DNA of 64,000 nucleotides from Albugo candida (Eukaryota): NCBI GenBank assembly GCA_040437565.1, contig JBDOQK010000003.1, positions 62,001 to 126,000 of the forward strand, read 5' to 3'. Shown piece by piece: positions 55,907 to 64,000 of this stretch (position 1 is its first letter; each line of letters starts with the position of its first letter). The notes under the pieces were generated by a model. It saw only the letters and a program-made list of their open reading frames with translations, ran no database searches and was not told where the DNA came from. The position numbers and the translations under genes were made by a program.

Positions 55907-58900
55907 TCAAAGAAGTCGTCGAAATCCTTCAATTGCGTTATGAATTGTCTCCTTCTCTTTCTGCAGCGCTTCCATCTTCCGATCGTCCGCCTCTCTCACA
56001 TTCTCCGGTACGCGCGCGACATAGTCCTCTTTTCCCATTTTCCTCTCAAGTGCGCTCATCGACGGAGTGATTTTCGACAATTTCTTTTCCAATTTCCCAA
56101 TTTCATTCGCGAAATCGACGAATCCGATCAAAAGCACAAAAACTTGAATTTTCTCATTGACACTGTGCACCGCACATCCTTTGGGTACGTCTCCATCGAC
56201 GATACATTCTGTCTCGCCGGCTTTTGCGAGTGTGTTGAAATCGTCCAAATACGGCTGTAGTCGATTTTTCACGTGCATATCGGCGCATTTGAGAAAGTAA
56301 TGAGGTCGGACGCTGTTGAGAAGATTGTATTCCGCTCGAATGGATCGTGCAGCGTGAATCACTTCTTTCATCATTTCCATATCGCTCTCCACAATTGTAT
56401 TCGCCCATTCTTTTGTGCCGAGTGGGTACGAAGAGATCGTAATACTTGGCGTTGGTCGTTTGCCAGGAAGCCGTTGCCATAATTCTTCAGTGACAAAAGG
56501 CATTACGGGATGAAGGAGTCGGAGACCGTGGTCCAAGCATACATACAGAGTTTCCAATGCTGCTTGTTTGGCGTGCTTATCGTCGCCATTCATAATCGGC
56601 TTGCTCAATTCCAAGTAGACGTCACATAAGTCGTACAGCCAAAAAGAGTACAAAGCATTTGCAATATCGCCGAATTCAAATGCTGCAAATGCGTTACTAC
56701 ACGCGACAGTTGTGTGATTAAGACGACTCAGAATAAAGCGATCACGCGGCTGAAGCGCAGAGTTTGATAAAATTCGATCCGCTGTTGTGTCATTGACATC
56801 AAATCCTTTGGGAAAATTTGAAAGCGCGAAGCGAACCGCATTCCATAATTTATTGCAAAAGTTGCGGTATCCAACCAATCGATTGATATCCAAATTGATA
56901 TCTCTTCCTTGCTGAGTGTATGAAAGCAATCCAAAGCGTAATGCGTCAGCACCGCATTCCGGAATCCCGTTGGGGAAATCGAGTTTCTGCCCCTTTTTCG
57001 CCTTTTCAATTTCCTTTACCGGAAGATTTCCCAATTCGAGCTTTCTGAAGAGATTCTCCAATGTGCAACCAGAAATGATTTCGAGCGGATCGACGACGTT
57101 GCCCAAACTTTTCGACATTTTGCGGCCATACTTGTCCCTCACCATAGAGTGAAGATACACAGTCTTGAAAGGCAGTTTTCCTGTGAGTTTCTGTCCCATA
57201 AACACCATACGAGCGACCCAAAAAAATAAAATATCGTATCCTGTTTCCATCAAATCTGTCGGATAAAAGCTTTCGATGTCGAGTGATTCGTTCGGCCACC
57301 CGAAAACAGCAAATGGGAACAGACCAGCACTGACCCAAGTATCGAGTACGTCTTCATCTTGCGTCAATTCAATATCATCGATGGAAATTCCCAGTTTCTC
57401 TGCAGCTCTTTTCTTAGCATCTTGTTCAGATAATCCAGCTACCCAGCGTGCTGCATTCTCATCCGAATTCACATCGAGTCGTTTTTCTCCTTTCACGTGT
57501 GCAAAATACGCAGGGATTCGATGGCCCCACCAAAGCTGACGCGAAATACACCAATCACGGATATTTTCAAGCCATCGAAACCATGTTTTCTCGTGCATTT
57601 CAGGAACGATCTTTAATTTCTTCTCGCGAACCGCTTTCATAGCATCTTGAGCCATATCATTGCAATTGATGAACCATTGGGGTTTGATCATTGGTTCGAT
57701 TACATCTCCAGAGCGCGAGCAGAGACCAAGACGCATTTTGTTGTCTTCTTTTCCATGAAACTGCCCCAATCCAACCAGAGCTTTTTCCACTGCGATACGA
57801 GCGTCATATCGCATCATTCCTTGAAAAGAACCTCCATTCTCATTGATTGCACCATCATCCGAAATCACTGTTATGAACTCGAGATTGTGTCGCTTCCCGC
57901 ATTCGTAATCGTTGGGGTCATGAGCCGGTGTGATTTTCACAGCTCCAGTTCCAAATGTCATGTCAACCAAATTCGAGTCGAGGACTATGGGAATTCGTCG
58001 GCCATCAAATGGATGGATCACATGCTTTCCATGCAGATGTGTATACCGCTTATCTTCTGGATGAATAGCAACGCCAGTATCTCCAAGCATCGTCTCTAAT
58101 CGCGTCGTGGCAACAATGAGTTGTTCTTCCGAGCCTTCTACTTTGTATCCAAACGAAGTCAATACTCCAAACTCATATTTGCGATCAGACGCATGTCCCG
58201 GCACCAAAAGCTTCGTACGTTTCTCAATATCGATGTAGTCGACCTCGATTTCAGATAAGGCTGTTTTCAATTTACAACTCCAATTGATCATTTTAGTAGC
58301 CCGATAAATAAGTTTTTCCTCCCACAATTTGCAGAATGCATGTCGTACAGCACGTGAGCAGTTTTCATCCATTGAGAAGTATTTTCGTGTCCAGTCCACA
58401 GAGCATCCCACACTTCGAAATTGGTGATGGATTTGAGCTTCATATTGATTTTTCCATTCCCACACTTTTTCCAAAAACGCTTCACGCCCCAAATCGTGTC
58501 TGCTTTGATTCGTTTCTTTCAGTAATCGTCTTTCCACAACAGACTACGAAACAAAAACAATCAAAAGAGCTTTATGGGTCATTGATCCACTCAGAAAGCA
58601 ATGTGAGGATACAGACTTGAGTAGCAATTCCAGCATGATCTGTCCCAGGGATCCATAGCGTTGCATGTCCTCTCATCCGATGCCATCGAGTCAGAGCGTC
58701 TTGAATTGCGACAGTGAGTGCGTGTCCAAGATGCAGCGAGCCAGTGATATTGGGAGGGGGAATGACCATTACAAATCGCTCGTCTGCTTTTGCATTTCGT
58801 ATCTTTTCTTCCGAACACTCGAAAAAACCGCATTTCTCCCACCAGTTTTGCCACAAAGCTTCGACGGCCACAGGATTGTATGCTATTACCGTAAATAGTG

Positions 58901-59122
58901 TGACACACCAAATTAATTGGTGCCGGAGGGAATGTATGTTTTTGGAATGTTACCTGCTGCCATTGCCACATTCATATCTTTCATCGCTCCTTGCGGTGTA
59001 CTGATGACAGAGTCATTATTTTTCAATCCCTTTCCATCACTCGCTTTGCCATCAGTTTGATTTGCGCTTTCGGTTTCGTTTTTTATCGCATTTACATTCG
59101 TTTCCTTTTCAGTGGTTTGCAT
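55907..59122 (-). CDS. VARS: Valyl-tRNA synthetase, multi-exon
   Basis: [58 protein letters not shown]-terminal coiled coil. Confidence 0.97.
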
Positions 59123-59448
59123 TGTTTCCGTTAGTGAGCCAATCGAATCCTCTTGACGGATGATGATTGGTCGAAAATAATAATAATAGTTCAAGTGCAA
59201 CTTCAACTTTTATCCATTTCGCAAAGTGCTTTGCAGATGCCAAAAGACAGAACAATGCGCGCGACGGCGTACATAAGCTATGCGAGATAAGTGATGGACC
59301 AACGACATGCCTATCGCCAATGTGTAGCGAGTAGATTGGCGCCGGTCATATCGCAAAAGCTCGAGTTCGGACATAACACATACTTTGAAGAGTGTTTGTC
59401 GACATAGGAAAGTACCGTTTTCATTCGCGGAATTCCGAAATATTCGCA

Positions 59449-60489
59449 ATGGAAAACTTTGAAAAGGAAATAAATGCTCGCGGTTTAAGCTTAAAGCCAG
59501 ATTTTCTCGCTTCAAAAATGGATGCAATAGCAACTCAGTCGGTCTCTGTAAATGATATTCTTAACTGTATTCTCTCACGCGATTTGCGTGCGGTTGCAAC
59601 TTCGAAATTCTCGAATTTCAATGTATCATCGATGCGGGAATTCAGCGAGCCGGTGTTATTTCAAGTCATTTCAGTGCTCAATATAGCACAACCATCCGCC
59701 AAACAAATGGTTCCCGGCCTACGACCAGCCCTCTTACAGCTTAAATTGACAGATGGACAGAACAAATACGTCGCAATTGCGCTGGAAGACATTCCGAAAT
59801 TGAGGTATGCGTATCCCGAGGACGTGGGATGTGATGTGATGTTGCTTCAAGTGTTTCGACAGCGCCGGGAACGAAATTGCTTCTGAAATGCTGCATTATT
59901 CGAAAGGGGAAATTCTTACTGTCAAAGGAAAACGCACAAGTTTTAGGCGGACAAGTGCGGGAACTGATGGAACAATGGAAAACGCAAAAGGTTTGATGCC
60001 CAAAGTGTCTATTGCTTGTATTTAAAGCTATTCTGCAGGATCTGAGAGAGAGGAAGCGAGCATGTGCAGCTGATCAAGAGGACCCTCCTCCCGTCTTTAC
60101 AGACTTTGAGCCGACACAAAAGGTCTGACGTACGCGCTTTTGTATCCGTCTCAAAACAGTTTTTGCAGTGTTCACAAAGTTGCAATCAAGAGAATAGCAC
60201 GATTCCAAAAGCGTACAGACCAGAAACCTCTCGACCCAAAACAGGGAAACCATCAGTCAGGAAAGCGACTCCTTCTTCCAAAAAACCCTCCATGACGAAA
60301 AAGAAAGACATTAACGATGCAAGCAAGCAAGCTAAAGGCCACCATGTCAAATCAACGGATAAGAAAAGCAGGAATGCACAGTGTGAAAGTCAAAAGACCG
60401 GGAAAAAGGAAGAGAAGAAACGATCCAACTTATCCAAGCCAAAACGATTCCCTCGAGGATCGAAAAAGACGGATTCCTCCACGCTATAA
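59449..60489 (+). CDS. RMI1/TDRD3-type N-terminal OB-fold protein with Lys-rich tail, multi-exon
   Basis: ILSRDLR, LFQVISVLNIAQP, LLQLKLTDG, PGTKLLL...G.FLLSKENAQVLGGQVREL. Confidence 0.75.
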
Positions 60490-60522
60490 TCATCAAATGC
60501 ATCCTTGTTTTCACCAATTATT

Positions 60523-60964
60523 TTACGAAGGAGTCTCAAAGAGACTATCAGCAGTCTCTTTGAGAGTGTGTAGCTGTTTCTTTTGCTCTTCGCTCAACAA
60601 TCTGTCCGTGCTGCTCGACAAATTCTCTCCAATGTGCTTACAAAAACACGTTATCGACCGCTTTTGGAAGTAAATGTCAAAGAGAAAGAATATCGTACCA
60701 ATTTCGGCTTTGAACGCAAAGTATCTTCATATTGCTTCCACTCCGTCAGAAACGGCGAAACGTATTCCATGGATGCATTTTTATGTCGTTTGAACTCTTC
60801 TCTTGAGTACGAGTCAATCAACGCAACTCTGACAAGTGTACAGTATGGAATTCATCATACCTCACGTATTGATCGCCAATGACACGTAATTGAGGATCTA
60901 ATTGGCGTTGATGCAGCGACAAGATGCTCTTATACAAACGCAATACGTCACGACGATGCTGCAT
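60523..60964 (-). CDS. SDHAF3: Succinate dehydrogenase assembly factor 3 (ACN9, LYR family), 3 exons
   Basis: LRLYKSILSLH..LRVIGDQYV|EFKRHK..FLTEWKQY..LLSEEQKKQLHTLK. Confidence 0.88.
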
Positions 60965-61032
60965 CTTTGAACCACCGTCGACGGTCGTACTTAATCCGAC
61001 ACTCACTGTGGTACCTATTCCTACACAACGTT

Positions 61033-62486
61033 ATGGAAACTAATCGACCAAGCGGGAAGCCGCAAAGTCGCGGAGGAAGGGGGAGAATCGAAAAGGAAGA
61101 ATCTTTTGAAACAATCAAAGGATCCAGTGTCCAAGAATTCATTCCGGCGGCTCACAAAGCGATCGAACAACAGCGTACGACACGAACGAAAACCAGCAAT
61201 ATCGAACGTGTTCTTCTGTCCAGATCAGCCGCGAAATATAAGAAAGCGGATGCGAAAAAGAGAAAGAATGCAGCAAAATGGCGTGGGAACTCTTTGAATA
61301 CGGATTCAAGAATCTCGAGATATAAAGAAACGACCTCACCATGCAAAGTTCTCATTCGGAACATTCCCCCATCCGTCAGCTTTGATGAAATGCGAGAGAT
61401 TCTTACTCCATACGACATTTCCGATAAGATGATTTGGCGTTATGTAATGGGAAAAACACGAATGAATGAGCGTCCGTGCACCACCGGTAGAATGTATTTG
61501 GATTTCAGGTCAGATACTGCCAAAGCTGTTGACTTTATCGCCTCATTAAATGGATACGCCATCGAATGCACTCAAAAAGGTTTGAATTGGAAGAATTCTC
61601 ATATTGCTTATCACATTTCTTCTTTTGTCGTAGACAGTAAACGCAATTTGGAAGTGGCTTATGCTCCGTCTAGGAGACTGCCTGGCGATAGAAAACGTCG
61701 AGATACAAATGCTGAAGAAATCTTTCAGGATCAATCGTATTTGGACTTTATTGAAGCGTTGAATGCACCCGCTCAGGTGGGAACCGCACGTACCTTTCGC
61801 ATGTTCAAAATCTCACTCGTTGAATGTGCAGAAACCGAGCGTCGATTCGACATCGCAAGAAGTCGAACGGATCGAGCAGCCGATCCCAGCGCTTGTTCAG
61901 TTCTTAAACGAAAAGAAAGGAAGAGAACGAGTAAGCAAACCAATGCATCGATATCCTCACCGCTCAGTTTTGTGCTCTTCAGCCTCGTAAAGGGAACAAT
62001 TTTGACAAAAAGAAACCCACCACCAAACATTTCCGCAAGCACGAAGTACGTCCACGCTCCATAACTCTATTCCAAGCAATAATTTGTTGTAAAGGATTCA
62101 AAGACAAAGAAATCAAAATCCATCAAAAACGACACGCAAACGGTCGAATCAAAGGATAAGATCGGTTCGTAGTGGTGAGCTCATTCTTTTTACTCCCTGA
62201 TATCGTATTATGACGTTAGAGAAAGCAAAGACACGGAAACCGAGTCGACGACAAGAAAGCAAATCAGATATCAAAGCGAATATGACGACTAATATTTGCT
62301 TACAGAACGGTGCGAATAAGACGGAAGCGAATGTCAAACCCTTACAAAGCGCAGGCAGCAAAAGCGGAACGTATTCAAAGCATAAAGACAGTCAATCTGA
62401 AAAGGTAAGCTTTTGACTTTGGATATCATACGTAATCTGACCATTTCCTTTAGACGCGTAAAAAAGTCTTTGCACCAAAATCGCGT
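61033..62486 (+). CDS. UPF3: UPF3/Smg-4 nonsense-mediated decay factor, multi-exon, 3' end runs into a gap
   Basis: KVLIRNIPP, RMYLDF, VAYAPSRRLP..KRRD...IFQDQSYLDFIEAL, TPAL-like segment IPALVQFL. Confidence 0.8.
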
Positions 62487-64000
62487 NNNNNNNNNNNNNN
62501 NNNNNNNNNNNNNNNNNNNNNNNNNNNNNNNNNNNNNNNNNNNNNNNNNNNNNNNNNNNNNNNNNNNNNNNNNNNNNNNNNNNNNNGAAAACCTCTATAC
62601 TTTTATTGTATCAGGACAAAATTAGGTAGGCTACGCCTTAATCAGGTGGAAACTCCTGGACAGGAAACGAAGACATGATGTTTGTGCTGCTTTGTTCATT
62701 CTTAAATGCATGAAAAAGGATTCTCGAAAATGCAAGAAACGAGGCAAATGAATAGGTGAAAATCTTGACCCGAGCAGGAAGTTAAAGCTTCGTCAACAGA
62801 CATTTACCCGGTTGAGTTATTTTCGACTTCTGATTCCCTTATAAATCCTACATATTTCCCCAAGGCTTCTCACCTGCGCGTTGTTCTCAAATTTTCACCA
62901 AGTCGAACGCATCTCCGTACGATTCACAAGATACTCCTACGCGATTTTGCAAAAGATACCACGCATTTCCTAAGCTTTTTGATAAAATGCGACTCATTTT
63001 CCTGAGATTTCTAATAAAGTTCCACGCATTCAAGTGTGAAGCCAACACTTACTCTCTTCGTTATCAAATTACAGCCCTGGTCGCTCCTTCTTTCTTTATT
63101 TACATTTACGATCAAAGTGTCAATGCTATCTCTACTGCTTACTGCCTATGCTATCATCAATAGAACATATACTGGTGACAAGGGAGTGGCTCTGCCACTT
63201 GGTCATGCATCCCAGTCCTCTAGGTAATTTATATAATACATCCTTGTAGTACTTGTATACATCCATCCTTCCAGCAATAAGCATCTACGCCCTTCTTTTC
63301 TAAGATTGTAGCAATATGATTTCTAAGGTTGCGATGGCAGTAGCGATGTAACCAAGTCAAAAAATTCTAAACCACTTGCCGTACCTGCAGCATTCATCAG
63401 CGAGAACGAACACGCGCATCAGATGAAACATGCTTGCTAGTCATTCGGCACTTTGCCACTTAATGATACTTCTTTTCTACCTTTTGCGGCTTTCGGTATT
63501 ACCGATTATGGGTAAGTCATAATCACATAATACCAGCTGTCAAGCAACTGAGTAGTTTATCGTTTCTATCCGCATCATACTCTTAAAACGCAATGTAATG
63601 AAATGTCTAAGGATTACATTAAGCTGCTTTATTGGAGCTGTTCTTGATGTAATGATCTATCAGCCATTGTCAAATCAGAAGACTCATTACCAAGCCAGCA
63701 CCGTTGTGTACCGTGTCGGGAAACAAGCGTCTTTCACTCGATTCTTGAGATTTGTGATTAACTCAATCACATGTGAATCGACTTGTTAGAAATTCTATAC
63801 TTCGACCTGGGAAATCTTCCAGGTCTGTTGGTATAGGTTTTGCCCATTTGGCGCCATACAAATGGTATAAAGTGTCCATTTGGATGATCATCGTATTGCA
63901 TCAATTGCGTCTCTTCTTTTCCATGATTCGATAGCAATCAAATTTGACGCGTACAGCTTCTTTTGAAGTTCATAAGAACACCAAACAGATAATCAATTTT

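Noticed and set aside
62587-64000. Minus-strand fragments (HCVLRV, DSWYYVI) faintly like the last effector module
   Set aside because: Too short and interrupted to support by eye.

Overview
Eukaryotic genomic DNA, most consistent with an oomycete. Albugo (white rust) is an inference from the compact genes, 45-70 bp GT-AG introns, HGGG Cys-repeat protein and CxxCL Cys-module secreted proteins. It is a draft scaffold with seven 100-N gaps, five of which have exactly duplicated flanks (assembly artefacts). 1-10 kb is a nested TE cluster: a complete but decayed chromodomain Gypsy element whose 5' LTR is split by a Tc1/mariner-type DNA transposon, followed by LINE remnants. Gene-dense housekeeping blocks hold tRNA-Leu(AAG), EPL1/EPC, a START-like/FYVE-like/FIST protein, DIS3L2, a CDC14-like pseudophosphatase, an HGGG-repeat protein, RPA2, MSH2, a TauE transporter, ValRS, an RMI1/TDRD3-type OB protein, SDHAF3 and UPF3. 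These alternate with gene-poor, TE-rich stretches carrying two diverged paralogues of a putative secreted Cys-modular (CCG/CHxC-like) effector, one intact and one doubly frameshifted. Top finding: both paralogues keep an identical RLFGVDM island in an otherwise unalignable linker. RLFGV matches the plant R/KLFGV repression motif that recruits TOPLESS corepressors, suggesting a host-motif-mimicking effector family. All calls were made by eye; no searches were run.
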